Shown here one piece after another: positions 46,672 through 56,117 of a stretch of DNA of 64,000 nucleotides. Source of the DNA: Bryobacteraceae bacterium (lineage in GTDB: Bacteria > Acidobacteriota > Terriglobia > Bryobacterales > Bryobacteraceae); assembly GCA_965246775.1 (NCBI GenBank), contig CBDFFL010000005.1, positions 30,947 through 94,946 on the forward strand, written 5' to 3'. A program made the position numbers and the translations under genes. The notes below the pieces were generated by a model. The model was not told where the DNA came from. It ran no database searches and saw only the letters and a program-made list of their open reading frames with translations. The first letter of the stretch is position 1; the number at the start of each line of letters is the position of its first letter.

Positions 46672-48531
46672 ATGCTCACCACAAAAATTCTTGTAGTTGA
46701 AGACGAAGGCCTCATCGCTAACGATATTGCGGACCGCTTGCGCAAAGATGGCTACCAGGTCACCGGTATCGCCGCCTCCGCCGAAGAGGCCCTCAGCTCT
46801 CTCTCTAAATCCGCGCCTGACCTGGTCCTGATGGATATCCGCATTAAGGGCGATCTGGATGGAATCCAGACTGCCGAACGTGTCCGCGCCGGCTTCGATA
46901 TCCCCGTCATCTTCTTAACCGCGCACGCCGATAGCGGCACGCTCGAACGCGCCAAAGTCACCGAGCCTTACGGCTATTTGGTCAAACCCTTTCGCCAGGT
47001 CAATCTCGCCAGCTCCATTGAAATGGCCCTCTTCAAGCACCGGTCGGAACAGCAGCTTCGCCAGCGTGAAGTCTGGCTTTCCACCGTGCTCCTGTCCTCC
47101 CCCGCGCCCACCATCGTTACAGACCGGCGCGGCGTCGTGCGCTTCGTGAACCCACTCGCCGAAGAGCTCACCGTCACCTCGCTCATGGAACTCATCGGCA
47201 AGCCGTTCGCCGAAGCCTTCCCCCTTTTCGATCTAAGCACTGGCGAACCCGTTGGCGACCTCGTCGCCGCCGCCCTTCGTAAAGACTGCACCTTTTCGTT
47301 CCCCCCCGGCCTCGCCCTCCGCCGCCCCGGCCTCTCCGATATCGAAATCGAAGGCGAAATCTCCCCCGGCCCCAATGAGCAATCGAACCCCGGCGCCGTC
47401 ATCACCCTCCGCGATTGTTCTGAGCGCGCCCGCCAGGAGCGCGAAGTGCGCAATGAGCAGAAAATGCTGGCGGTCGGCCGCATGGCTGGCGGCATCGCCC
47501 ACGATGTCAACAGCCTGGTAGCCTCGTTAATCGGCGAGAGCGAAAAACTGCTCGCCGGGCCTCTCCCGCAAGAACAGCGCGCTGCCCTCGAAGCCATCTC
47601 CACGGCCGGCCATGGCGCCGCCGAAATCACCGGCCAGCTCCTCGCCCTTAGCTCCAAACCCGCCGCCCCTCGTCAGGTTGTCGCCGTAAATGAGGTGGTC
47701 GCCAGGGCCGTCCAGCTTCTCTCACCCGGCTTCGGCTCCCACATCACAGTGTCCTCCCACCTCAACCCCGCGGCCGGCCATATCAACATCGTTCCCAGCC
47801 AGCTCCATCGGGTGCTCGCGAAATTGCTATTGCACGCCGCTCATGCCATGCCCGCCGGCGGAAAGATCGTGCTCGCCACCTCCGCCATGGAGCGCGAAAC
47901 AGAAACGCTTCTTGGCCCCCACACGGTAGAAAATTTCGTCCGCATCGCCATTTCCGATAGCGGCCCCGGCATCGAACCCGCCGATATGAACCACGTCTTC
48001 GAGCCGTTTTTCAATACCGAAACCGAAGACGGTACCGGCCTCGATCTCGCTGTCGTCTACAGCATCGTCAAGGAAGCCGAAGGCGAACTCAACGTCTTCA
48101 GCGCGCCCGGTCAAGGTTCTACGTTTGAAATCCTATTTCCCAGCGCCCCGGGCCCAAATAGCAACCCTGTCCCTGCCTCGCTCCCCGAACGCGCCACCAT
48201 CCTGCTTGTAGAAGCGGAAGCCGTGCTCCGCACGATGACCCACAACCATTTCGAGCGTGAAGGCTACAATCTCCTCGAAGCCGCCAACGCCGGCGATGCC
48301 CTGCAGATCGCCGAATCTTATGAGGGCCCCATCCACCTCCTCGTCACCGACCTAGAACTGCCCGAAATGGACGGAGCCCTCCTTGCCGCCGCCTTTGCCG
48401 CCAAGCGCCCCGAAGCGAAAGTCATCATGGTGTCCGCCCACCCCTCCAGCGCTCCCCAGCCGTTTCTCCAAAAACCCTTCTCCCTCTCCGCCCTCCAGCA
48501 AAAGATTGAGCAGGTGCTCTCCGCGGCCTAA
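46672..48531 (+). CDS. hybrid sensor kinase: receiver + PAS-like + HisKA/HATPase + C-terminal receiver
   Basis: N-terminal receiver (ILVVEDEGLIANDI...LVLMDIRIKGDLDG...KPF). H-box-like AGGIAHDVNSL and ATPase (SDSGPGIEP...GTGLDLAVVY). C-terminal receiver (ILLVEAEAVLR...LLVTDLELPEMDG...KPF). Confidence 0.8.
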   Translation: MLTTKILVVEDEGLIANDIADRLRKDGYQVTGIAASAEEALSSLSKSAPDLVLMDIRIKGDLDGIQTAERVRAGFDIPVIFLTAHADSGTLERAKVTEPYGYLVKPFRQVNLASSIEMALFKHRSEQQLRQREVWLSTVLLSSPAPTIVTDRRGVVRFVNPLAEELTVTSLMELIGKPFAEAFPLFDLSTGEPVGDLVAAALRKDCTFSFPPGLALRRPGLSDIEIEGEISPGPNEQSNPGAVITLRDCSERARQEREVRNEQKMLAVGRMAGGIAHDVNSLVASLIGESEKLLAGPLPQEQRAALEAISTAGHGAAEITGQLLALSSKPAAPRQVVAVNEVVARAVQLLSPGFGSHITVSSHLNPAAGHINIVPSQLHRVLAKLLLHAAHAMPAGGKIVLATSAMERETETLLGPHTVENFVRIAISDSGPGIEPADMNHVFEPFFNTETEDGTGLDLAVVYSIVKEAEGELNVFSAPGQGSTFEILFPSAPGPNSNPVPASLPERATILLVEAEAVLRTMTHNHFEREGYNLLEAANAGDALQIAESYEGPIHLLVTDLELPEMDGALLAAAFAAKRPEAKVIMVSAHPSSAPQPFLQKPFSLSALQQKIEQVLSAA

Positions 48532-49574
48532 TGGTCCAGCCCGAACCGGCCGATATGCATACCATGAACAGCGGTTCCCAATACCGGCTCCTTACCCGGA
48601 GCGATTTCGACGGGCTCGTTTGCGCCATTCTTCTCAAAAACCTCGGCCTTCTCGATTCCATCGCCTTCGTCCATCCCAAAGATGTTCAGGATGGCAAAGT
48701 AGAAGTCACCTCGCGCGATATTCTCACCAACCTGCCCTATGCCCCCGGCTGCGCGCTCTGTTTCGATCATCACGATAGCGAAGCCGTGCGCGCCGAAGAC
48801 CAGCCGCGCCCCAACCACATTCTCCAGCCCCATGCCGATTCCGCCGCCCGCGTGCTCTACGAATGGTACGGAGGCGCCGCCGCCTTTCCCGGCATCGCAG
48901 AAAGCATCCTGCAAGACATGATGACCGCGGTCGATAAGGCCGATTCCGCCCGCTTCACCAGCCAGGACATTCTCGATCCCCAAGGCTGGGAACTGCTCTC
49001 ATTCCTCATGGACCCCCGCACCGGCCTTGGCCGCTTCCGCGAGTTCCGCATCTCGAATTACGACCTGATGATGGCGCTGATAGATTACTGCGTCGAACAT
49101 TCCATTGAGGAAACGCTCCTCCTTCCCGACGTGCGCGAGCGAGTCGACCTCTACCGCCGGCACAAAGACCTCTTCGCCGCCCAACTCCAACGCTGCACAA
49201 CAGTCCACGGAAAATTGGCGGTGCTCGATTTACGCCGCGAAGAAGTCATCTACGTTGGCAACCGTTTCGTCATCTACGCGCTCTTCCCCCAGTGCAACAT
49301 CTCGATGCACGTCCTCTGGGGCCTGAAACAGCAAAATACGGTTCTGGCGATTGGCAAATCCATCCTGGACCGCGGCAGCAAAATCAACGTAGGAGAACTG
49401 GCGCTAGCCTACGGCGGAGGCGGCCACGAAGCAGCGGGCACCTGCCAGGTAGACAACGCCTCAGCCGCAACCGCCATTGAAGCCATAGCCCAGGCCATCA
49501 ACGCCGAAAGCCACACCAAGTGGCACCCGGTCTTAAGCTACCCAGGCACCCCAGCAGACCTCGCGCCCCGCTAG
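48531..49574 (+). CDS. DHH-family phosphoesterase-like protein ('exopolyphosphatase-like')
   Basis: RLLTRSDFDGLVCAILLKNLGLLDSIAFVHPKDVQDGKVEV...CFDHHDSE shows the DHH motif, and GGGHEAAG near the C-terminus is DHHA-like. The ATG shares 1 nt with the upstream stop. Confidence 0.65.
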   Translation: MVQPEPADMHTMNSGSQYRLLTRSDFDGLVCAILLKNLGLLDSIAFVHPKDVQDGKVEVTSRDILTNLPYAPGCALCFDHHDSEAVRAEDQPRPNHILQPHADSAARVLYEWYGGAAAFPGIAESILQDMMTAVDKADSARFTSQDILDPQGWELLSFLMDPRTGLGRFREFRISNYDLMMALIDYCVEHSIEETLLLPDVRERVDLYRRHKDLFAAQLQRCTTVHGKLAVLDLRREEVIYVGNRFVIYALFPQCNISMHVLWGLKQQNTVLAIGKSILDRGSKINVGELALAYGGGGHEAAGTCQVDNASAATAIEAIAQAINAESHTKWHPVLSYPGTPADLAPR

Positions 49575-49639
49575 TCGGATGCCCGATCTTTGACGTCCCG
49601 CTGTAAAAGCCGTTCCGCCAGCGTCAGATTGCTCCATCT

Positions 49640-50246
49640 TCGAATTTATCGAAAGCTGCCAGACTATCCCATCGGAAACGCATTCCGGCAACGATTTATT
49701 CACACCTTCACGGCCTCACCAGCCAGCTCGTCGTCCTTCCCAACGAAGATCACTCCCACTACATCCGCTTCAGCACCGCCTCAAGGCCGACCTCAAGCCC
49801 GAAGGCACCGTCGAAAAAAATGCTCGCCCAAAACATCTGCGACACCCAGTGGCGCCTCGAACGCGGCCGCGCCATGGAATCCACCATCCTCGCTATGGGC
49901 CACCTCGAAGCCCACCACGCACATCGCCGAACTCGAAATCCGCGACGTGCAAACCGCCATGGTGGAAGCCAACACCTGGGCGCGCCACGAATCTGTCCTA
50001 CGCAACATCCACATCCAGGAAACGCGCCTGAACCGCACCCTGTTCAAGGCCATGGCCGAACTCCGCGAGCAGCAAGCCCGCCGAAAAAAGGAAGCTCAGG
50101 ACGCCCTCGAAGACGCCGTTTCCGCCTACACGTATCACAAACAAAACCAGTTAACGTTCATCCCCTCCGAATTTGGCTTTGTTTTTACAACCAGCGAACT
50201 ACGCCAGGCCGCCCTCCGCCGCGAATGGCGCCACCGCATCCAATGA
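49640..50246 (+). pseudogene. frameshifted relic of a small conserved hypothetical gene
   Basis: Protein-like sequence hops between frames. HGLTSQLVVLPNEDHSHY is in frame 2. LQHRLKADLKPEGTVEK is in frame 1, with the shift at the A7 run 49814-49820. MLAQNICDTQWRLERGRAMESTILAMGHLEA is in frame 2. HIAELEIRDVQTAMVEANTWARHESVLRNIHIQETRLNRTLFKAMAELREQQARRKKE... is in frame 0. Confidence 0.55.
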
Positions 50247-50268
50247 CCGCCGGTTTCCAACCCTGAAT

Positions 50269-50297
50269 TTGACATTTCCATGACCGAAAGTTACCCT
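50269..50297 (+). promoter_or_regulatory. candidate sigma-70 promoter for rplM-rpsI
   Basis: TTGACA (50269-50274), a 17-nt spacer, then TACCCT (50292-50297), about 40 nt upstream of the rplM ATG. Confidence 0.4.
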
Positions 50298-50338
50298 TGT
50301 CAGGTACGTCTATAAGTTTCCGGAGAAGTGTGTCCCAA

Positions 50339-50800
50339 ATGAGCACCACGCAGTTTCCCACAAAAAACGCCGTAGCCCGCCAATGGCACGTCATCGATTG
50401 CGATGGCAAAGTGCTCGGCAAGGTGGCCAGTCTGTCCGCCAGCATCCTTATGGGCAAAACTAAGCCCAATTACACCCCGTTTATCGACGCGGGCGACCAT
50501 GTCATCCTCATCAACGCCGCCAAAATCGTTCTGACCGGTAAGAAAGAAGGTCAGAAGGTATACCGCCATTTCACCGGTTTCCCCGGTGGTCTGGTCGAGC
50601 GCACCTTGCAGCGCGTCCGTTCCACCCGTCCTCAGCGCATGCTCGAAGACGCCATTTTCGGCATGCTCCCCAAATCCAAAATGGGCAAGCAGATGTATCG
50701 CAAACTGAACGTTTATGCGGGCGATAAGCACCCGCACATCGCCCAGAAGCCCGTCGCCAAAGAAGTCCGAGTCAAATCCGTTACCGCACAAGCTTCCTAA
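50339..50800 (+). CDS. rplM: 50S ribosomal protein L13
   Basis: From ATG 50339 the product reads MSTTQFPTKNAVARQWHVIDCDGKVLGKVASLSASILMGKTKPNYTPFIDAGDHVILINA..., a canonical L13. Confidence 0.92.
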   Translation: MSTTQFPTKNAVARQWHVIDCDGKVLGKVASLSASILMGKTKPNYTPFIDAGDHVILINAAKIVLTGKKEGQKVYRHFTGFPGGLVERTLQRVRSTRPQRMLEDAIFGMLPKSKMGKQMYRKLNVYAGDKHPHIAQKPVAKEVRVKSVTAQAS

Positions 50801-50803
50801 ATC

Positions 50804-51205
50804 ATGGCAATTAAACAGATCACACAGTATTTGGGCACCGGCCGCCGCAAGCGCGCCATTGCCCGCGTCTTCCTCCGGCCCGGCAGCGGCGCCATCAAGA
50901 TCAACGGCCGTACGCTCGAGCATTATTTCCCCACCGAAGCTTCGCGCTTCCCGGTCCGCCAGGCACTCATGGCCACGGAAACCGCCGAAAAGTTCGACAT
51001 TCTCATTCTCGCGAATGGCGGCGGCTTCATCGGTCAGGCCGGCGCCATTCGTCTCGGAATTTCCCGCGCCCTGGTCGCCTTCAACGCTGAGCTTCGCCCC
51101 GCACTCAAAACCGCCGGCTTCCTCACGCGCGATCCGCGTAAGCACGAACGCAAAAAGTACGGCCAAAAGGGCGCGCGCAAGCGGTTCCAGTTCTCCAAGC
51201 GCTAG
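50804..51205 (+). CDS. rpsI: 30S ribosomal protein S9
   Basis: [26 protein letters not shown]...C-terminal [18 protein letters not shown] is a canonical S9. Confidence 0.92.
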   Translation: MAIKQITQYLGTGRRKRAIARVFLRPGSGAIKINGRTLEHYFPTEASRFPVRQALMATETAEKFDILILANGGGFIGQAGAIRLGISRALVAFNAELRPALKTAGFLTRDPRKHERKKYGQKGARKRFQFSKR

Positions 51206-51223
51206 TTCTCTGCTGTTCATTCT

Positions 51224-51254
51224 GGGACGCCGCCCTGCGGTGTCCCTTGTTTCC
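51224..51254 (+). terminator. intrinsic terminator after rpsI
   Basis: GGGACGCCGC-cct-GCGGTGTCCC (10-bp stem including one G:U) is followed by TTGTTTCC. Confidence 0.55.
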
Positions 51255-51333
51255 TGGCGTTCTGCCGGCCCCGCGCCGGTTCTAAGATCGCCACCACCCT
51301 CCACCAACTAACCTCACAGGAGCACCACAAAAC

Positions 51334-52173
51334 TTGCCAGCTATCTCCATGAAAGAACTGCTCGAAGCAGGCGTACACTTCGGGCACCAGACCAAGCGTT
51401 GGAATCCCAAGATGAAGGAATACATCTTCGGCGAACGCAACGGCATTTACATCATCGACCTTCAGAAGACCCTCAAGCTCTTCAAAGACGCCGCCCGTTT
51501 CGTCGGCGAAATGTCCGCCCAGGGCAAGAACATTCTCTTTGTCGGCACCAAGCGCCAGGCCCAGGAAGCCATTGCCGAAGAAGCCACCCGCTGCAACATG
51601 TATTACATCAATCAGCGCTGGCTCGGCGGCCTCCTCACCAACATGGCCACCGTCCAAAAGTCCATTAAGCGCCTCAAAGAGCTGGACCAGATGTCTACTG
51701 ACGGCGGCTACGAATCGCGTCCCAAGAAGGAGGTCATCCGCCTCGAACGCGAACGCAAGCAGCTCGAACTCAACCTCGCCGGCATCAAAGATATGCCCGG
51801 CCTCCCCGACATCCTCTTCGTCATCGATTCGAACAAGGAAGCCATCGCCGTCAAGGAGGCCCGCCGCCTCGGCATCCCCGTCGTCGCCATCGTCGACACC
51901 AATTGCGATCCCGAAGAAGTCGATTGGGTCATCCCCGGCAATGACGACGCCCTGCGCGCCATCCGCCTCTTCACCACCAAAATTTCCGATTCCGTCATCG
52001 AAGGCCGCGCCCTCGCCACCGAGCAGGATTTCACCGAGAAGCTCATTACCGATGAAACTCCCGCCGATGAAGCCATGCCCGAATACACCGAATACGTCGA
52101 CCCCAAATTTAACGAGCAGATCATGGCCGAAAGCCTGATGGGCGAAGAGCCCACCATTCGCCCCGAAGACTAA
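51334..52173 (+). CDS. rpsB: 30S ribosomal protein S2
   Basis: [42 protein letters not shown] is a canonical S2. The TTG at 51334 lies 11 nt after AGGAG; an alternative ATG is at 51349. Confidence 0.92.
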   Translation: MPAISMKELLEAGVHFGHQTKRWNPKMKEYIFGERNGIYIIDLQKTLKLFKDAARFVGEMSAQGKNILFVGTKRQAQEAIAEEATRCNMYYINQRWLGGLLTNMATVQKSIKRLKELDQMSTDGGYESRPKKEVIRLERERKQLELNLAGIKDMPGLPDILFVIDSNKEAIAVKEARRLGIPVVAIVDTNCDPEEVDWVIPGNDDALRAIRLFTTKISDSVIEGRALATEQDFTEKLITDETPADEAMPEYTEYVDPKFNEQIMAESLMGEEPTIRPED

Positions 52174-52191
52174 TCTCCAAACACGAATCCA

Positions 52192-52821
52192 ATGCCTGAA
52201 ATCACCGCACAACAAGTCAAAGAACTCCGCGAACGTTCCGGCGCGGGCATGATGGAATGCAAGAGCGCCCTCAAAGAAGCCAACGGCGTCATGGCCGAAG
52301 CTGAAGTCGTGCTCCGCAAGCGCGGCATCACCAATGCCGGCAAGAAGTCCAGCCGCGCCACCCGCCAAGGCCTCATCTCTCATTACATCCATCCCGGCGG
52401 CCAGCTCGGCGTCCTCATCGAAGTAAACTGCGAGTCCGATTTCGTCGCCCGCACAGACGATTTTCAAGACCTTGCGCGCGACCTCGCCATGCACATCGCC
52501 GCTGCCGACCCCCTCTTCCTCCGCAAGGAAGATGTCTCCCCGGAGGCTCTCGCCAAAGAGAAAGACATCCAAAAGGCGCGCGCCATCAACGAAGGCAAGC
52601 CTGAAAAGGTCGCCGAGAAAATCGTCGAAGGCCGCATGGCAAAATTCTATGAAGAGGTCTGCCTCTATGAGCAGCCTTACGTCAAGGAATCCACCATGAC
52701 CGTCGACCAGATCATCAAGAGCAAAATCGCCAAGCTCGGCGAAAATATCTCCGTCGCCCGCTTCGCCCGCTTCAAGGTCGGCGAAACCGCGGCGGCCTCC
52801 GAACCCGAAGCTGCGGAGTAA
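52192..52821 (+). CDS. tsf: translation elongation factor Ts
   Basis: MPEITAQQVKELRERSGAGMMECKSALKEANG... is the UBA-like N-terminus, and LIEVNCESDFVART is also conserved. This is the short (209 aa) form. Confidence 0.9.
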   Translation: MPEITAQQVKELRERSGAGMMECKSALKEANGVMAEAEVVLRKRGITNAGKKSSRATRQGLISHYIHPGGQLGVLIEVNCESDFVARTDDFQDLARDLAMHIAAADPLFLRKEDVSPEALAKEKDIQKARAINEGKPEKVAEKIVEGRMAKFYEEVCLYEQPYVKESTMTVDQIIKSKIAKLGENISVARFARFKVGETAAASEPEAAE

Positions 52822-52824
52822 CGG

Positions 52825-53535
52825 ATGGCCCAGTACGGACGCATCCTCCTCAAGCTCAGCGGTGAAGCCATGGCTGGCGCTAATGGCTCCTTCGGTATCG
52901 ATGCGGAACGCGTCAAAAGTCTGGCCGCGGAAGTTGCCGCCATTGCCGCCAAAGGCCTCCAGGTGGGCCTCGTGGTCGGTGGTGGCAACATCTTCCGCGG
53001 CATCGCCCTCGCCGCCAAGAATATGGACCGCGTCACGGGCGATCATATGGGTATGCTCGCGACCGTCATCAACTCGCTCGCCATGCAGGACGCGCTCGAA
53101 CACCAGGGCTGCCATACTCGCGTCATGAGCGCCATCGAAATGCACCAGGTCTGCGAGCCCTATATCCGCCGCCGCGCCATCCGCCATCTCGAAAAGAACC
53201 GCGTGGTCATCTTCGCCGCCGGCACCTCCAACCCCTACTTCTCCACCGACACCGCCGCCACGCTCCGCGCCCTAGAAATTCACGCCGAAATCATCGCCAA
53301 AGCCACCAAGGTCGATGGCGTCTATGACAAAGACCCCATGAAGCATCCTGAGGCTGTCATGTACAAGGAAATCTCCTACACCGAAGTGCTCTCGAAATCT
53401 CTCGGCGTCATGGATTCCACCTCCATCGCCATGTGCCGCGATAACAAGCTCCCCATCCTCGTTTTCAACTTGAACACCGCTGGAAATATAATGCGTATGT
53501 CGATGGGCGAACCCATCGGCACCTTCATCCGCTAA
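52825..53535 (+). CDS. pyrH: UMP kinase
   Basis: [13 protein letters not shown]...[12 protein letters not shown]...[16 protein letters not shown]...[19 protein letters not shown] are canonical PyrH motifs. Confidence 0.92.
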   Translation: MAQYGRILLKLSGEAMAGANGSFGIDAERVKSLAAEVAAIAAKGLQVGLVVGGGNIFRGIALAAKNMDRVTGDHMGMLATVINSLAMQDALEHQGCHTRVMSAIEMHQVCEPYIRRRAIRHLEKNRVVIFAAGTSNPYFSTDTAATLRALEIHAEIIAKATKVDGVYDKDPMKHPEAVMYKEISYTEVLSKSLGVMDSTSIAMCRDNKLPILVFNLNTAGNIMRMSMGEPIGTFIR

Positions 53536-53537
53536 TC

Positions 53538-54101
53538 ATGCCAACCGTCAAAGAGATCGAAACGCACGCACGCACGAAGATGGAGCAGGCTGTCACAGCC
53601 CTCGCCCATGACATGTCGGCCATCCGCACCGGCCGCGCCACCATCAGCATCCTCGATCACATCCGCGTCGATTATTACGGCACCTCAACGCCCCTCAACC
53701 AGGTCGCGAACCTCCACGTTCCAGAGCCGGCGCTCATCACCGTCCAGCCCTACGACATGTCGATCCTGAGCGCCATCGAAAAGTCGATCCGCAATTCCGA
53801 CATCGGCCTCAACCCCGCGAACGACGGCAAGGTGATCCGCCTCCCCATCCCGCCCCTCACCGAAGAGCGCCGTAAAGAGTTGGTCAAGCGTCTCCACGGC
53901 ATCGCCGAAGATCACCGCGTCAGCATCCGCAACGTCCGCCGCGACGCCAACGAGCAGCTCAAGAAGCTCGCCAAAGATAAGACCATCGCCGAAGACGAAG
54001 AGCGCGCCGGCACAGCCGAAGTACAGAAGCTGACCGACGCCCACATCCAAAAACTCGACGCCGCAGCCAAACAGAAAGAGAAGGAAATCCTGGCGGTCTG
54101 A
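53538..54101 (+). CDS. frr: ribosome recycling factor
   Basis: LAHDMSAIRTGRATISILDHIRVDYYG...IRLPIPPLTEERRKELVK...IRNVRRDAN is a canonical RRF. Confidence 0.92.
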   Translation: MPTVKEIETHARTKMEQAVTALAHDMSAIRTGRATISILDHIRVDYYGTSTPLNQVANLHVPEPALITVQPYDMSILSAIEKSIRNSDIGLNPANDGKVIRLPIPPLTEERRKELVKRLHGIAEDHRVSIRNVRRDANEQLKKLAKDKTIAEDEERAGTAEVQKLTDAHIQKLDAAAKQKEKEILAV

Positions 54102-54102
54102 A

Positions 54103-54573
54103 ATGGCGGCGACCACTCATCTCCTCACAGTGCGCGAGACACCGAAGTGGGATCACCTCCTCATTCAACGCAATCTGCGGCGAACCCTCCAAGCCGTTGC
54201 CGAGCCGGGCAGTATGGTCGCCACCGAGCTGGCCTTCCAGCCAGTTGCCGATGGCGAACTGCGCGTCGCCGACGTGGCCTGGATCTCCGCCCAACGCCTC
54301 CACGACGTCGATCCCGAAGGCTATTTTCAAGGCATACCGGAACTGGTAATTGAAGTCCTGTCCCCCTCCAACACAGCCAGCGACCTCTACGATCGCGAAA
54401 GTCTCTGCCTCTCAAACGGCGGCCTCGAATTCTGGGTCGTCGACCCCGCTCGCCGCCAAATCAAAGTCTCCACCCCAGACCGCCGCACCGTCACCTACAC
54501 CTCTGGCGAACAAGTACCCCTCCCCCTCTTTGGCGGCAGCTCGTTGCCCGTAGACCAAATCCTGGCAGTGTAA
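54103..54573 (+). CDS. Uma2-family (DUF820) restriction-endonuclease-like protein
   Basis: RVADVAWISAQRL...GIPELVIEVLSPSNTASDLYDRESLCLSNGGLEFWVVDP carries the PD-(D/E)xK-like Uma2 core (D...E-V-L-S). The ATG is 1 nt after the frr stop. The N-terminus looks short for the family. Confidence 0.7.
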   Translation: MAATTHLLTVRETPKWDHLLIQRNLRRTLQAVAEPGSMVATELAFQPVADGELRVADVAWISAQRLHDVDPEGYFQGIPELVIEVLSPSNTASDLYDRESLCLSNGGLEFWVVDPARRQIKVSTPDRRTVTYTSGEQVPLPLFGGSSLPVDQILAV

Positions 54574-54579
54574 ACTGTG

Positions 54580-55080
54580 CTAACCCAACTCACTCAGCCG
54601 CACGCAAATGCGAGGGGATTCCGTACAGAGCACCCCATCTCCGGCATGGCTGGCTCCACTGCTTGTATGCACCCAACCCTGCTTCGTTCGAGGGTCAATC
54701 AGCCAGACGTACTGAACACCAAATTCAAGATAATCATTCACCCGGACTTGCATTTCCTCCACCCGGTCACGGCGCGAGAGAATTTCAATACACAAAAAAG
54801 GTGGCTCCTGAACCACCGGCCCTCTCGGTGCCGCAGTCAGCACCGCAATATCCGGAATGCGAAAGCGGTTCGGCCTTACTTGGACCCGCTGTTCCGGCAC
54901 AACCAGAATGCCCAATTCCCCTTCCAGGGCAAACAAAAACTGGCTCAACAGCATCTGCAGACGGCTGTGCTCCCATTCCCCCACGTTTCTCTCCAGCAAC
55001 TTCCCGTCAACGTAGTCGCAATCGGGACGGTAGCTCGTCGCCAGATATTCTTCGCGCGGAACCCGAACGCTTGTCAGCAC
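54580..55080 (-). CDS. Uma2-family (DUF820) restriction-endonuclease-like protein
   Basis: EEYLATSYRPDCDYVDGKLLERNVGEWEHSRLQ...RIPDIAVL...PPFLCIEILSRRDRVEEMQVRVNDYLEFGVQYVWLIDP is a full-length Uma2 pattern. Confidence 0.75.
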   Translation of the reverse strand: MLTSVRVPREEYLATSYRPDCDYVDGKLLERNVGEWEHSRLQMLLSQFLFALEGELGILVVPEQRVQVRPNRFRIPDIAVLTAAPRGPVVQEPPFLCIEILSRRDRVEEMQVRVNDYLEFGVQYVWLIDPRTKQGWVHTSSGASHAGDGVLCTESPRICVRLSELG

Positions 55081-55112
55081 AGACTTGCTCCCGGGTCCAT
55101 TATCCTCTAACT

Positions 55113-56117
55113 ATGCAACGCCGCACCTTCCTCCAGGCAAGTGCGGCAATGGCCGCGATCTCGCTCCCCAAACCCCTCCTCCCCCGCGTCCTGAAGCCCG
55201 GCGACACGGTCGGCCTCATCACCCCCTCCAGCTACGTCAGCGATCCCGATGAGCTCGATTTCGCCAAACGCTTCTGCAGTTTCTTCCATCTCAAACTCAA
55301 ACTGGCCGCCCACGTCACCGCCCGCTACGGCTACCTCGCCGGCACCGCCCGCGAACGTTTGAGCGACCTTCACGCCATGTTTGCCGACCCCGAAATCCAC
55401 GCCATCTTCTGCATCCGTGGCGGCTACGGCAGCGCCCAAATGCTCCCGCTCATCGATTTCGACCTCATCCGCCGCAACCCCAAAGTGTTCCTGGGCTACA
55501 GCGACATCACCGCCCTCCACACCGCCATCTCCCAGCGCACCGGCCTCGTCACCTTCCACGGCCCCGTGCCCCTGAGCCACCTCTCCACATGGTCCCAACA
55601 GCACCTCACGCGCGCGCTTTTCGAACCCGCGCCACTAGGCCTCCAGACCAATCCGCCCGACCCCAACCCGCTCCAGCCCTCCCACACGCTCCGCACCATT
55701 CGTCCCGGCAAAGCTACCGGCCCTCTCGCCGGCGGCAACCTCACGCTCCTCACCACCACCCTCGGCACCCCCTGGGAAATCGAAACCCAGGGCCGCGTCC
55801 TGCTCCTCGAAGACATCGGCGAAGACATCTACCGTATCGACCGCATGCTCACCCAGCTCCGTCTCGCCGGCAAACTCCAGAAGGCCGCCGCCATCGTAGT
55901 CGGCGAATGCAAAGACTGCCCGCCCCCCAATCACGCAAGCGCGTATTCGCTTGGCGAAGTCCTCGATTACCTGCTCAGCGACCTCAACATCCCCGTCTAC
56001 TACGGCCTTAGCTTCGGCCACACCACTGACCAGGTCACGCTCCCCATCGGGATCCAAGCCACCGTGGACGCCGCCGCCCAAACCCTGACGGTCGATGCTC
56101 CGGCGGTACACGCATGA
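55113..56117 (+). CDS. LD-carboxypeptidase (peptidase S66, LdcA/MccF-like) with a Tat-like signal
   Basis: ORF 54663..56117 with ATG 55113 giving MQRRTFLQASAAMAAISLP. GDTVGLITPSS..., IHAIFCIRGGYGSAQ, GYSDITALH and the C-terminal FGHT are S66 motifs. The upstream extension overlaps the Uma2 gene on the opposite strand. Confidence 0.8.
   Translation: MQRRTFLQASAAMAAISLPKPLLPRVLKPGDTVGLITPSSYVSDPDELDFAKRFCSFFHLKLKLAAHVTARYGYLAGTARERLSDLHAMFADPEIHAIFCIRGGYGSAQMLPLIDFDLIRRNPKVFLGYSDITALHTAISQRTGLVTFHGPVPLSHLSTWSQQHLTRALFEPAPLGLQTNPPDPNPLQPSHTLRTIRPGKATGPLAGGNLTLLTTTLGTPWEIETQGRVLLLEDIGEDIYRIDRMLTQLRLAGKLQKAAAIVVGECKDCPPPNHASAYSLGEVLDYLLSDLNIPVYYGLSFGHTTDQVTLPIGIQATVDAAAQTLTVDAPAVHA

Noticed and set aside
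51217-53187. 656-aa minus-strand ORF spanning the whole rpsB-tsf-pyrH region
   Set aside because: It is antisense to three unmistakable housekeeping genes and has a low-complexity Gly/Asp/Ala/Glu/Phe-rich translation. This is a typical stop-free shadow frame opposite GC3-rich coding sequence.
54663-55112. 150-aa N-terminal extension of the LD-carboxypeptidase ORF
   Set aside because: It overlaps the well-supported minus-strand Uma2 gene. The Tat-like signal MQRRTFLQ at 55113 is the natural start.
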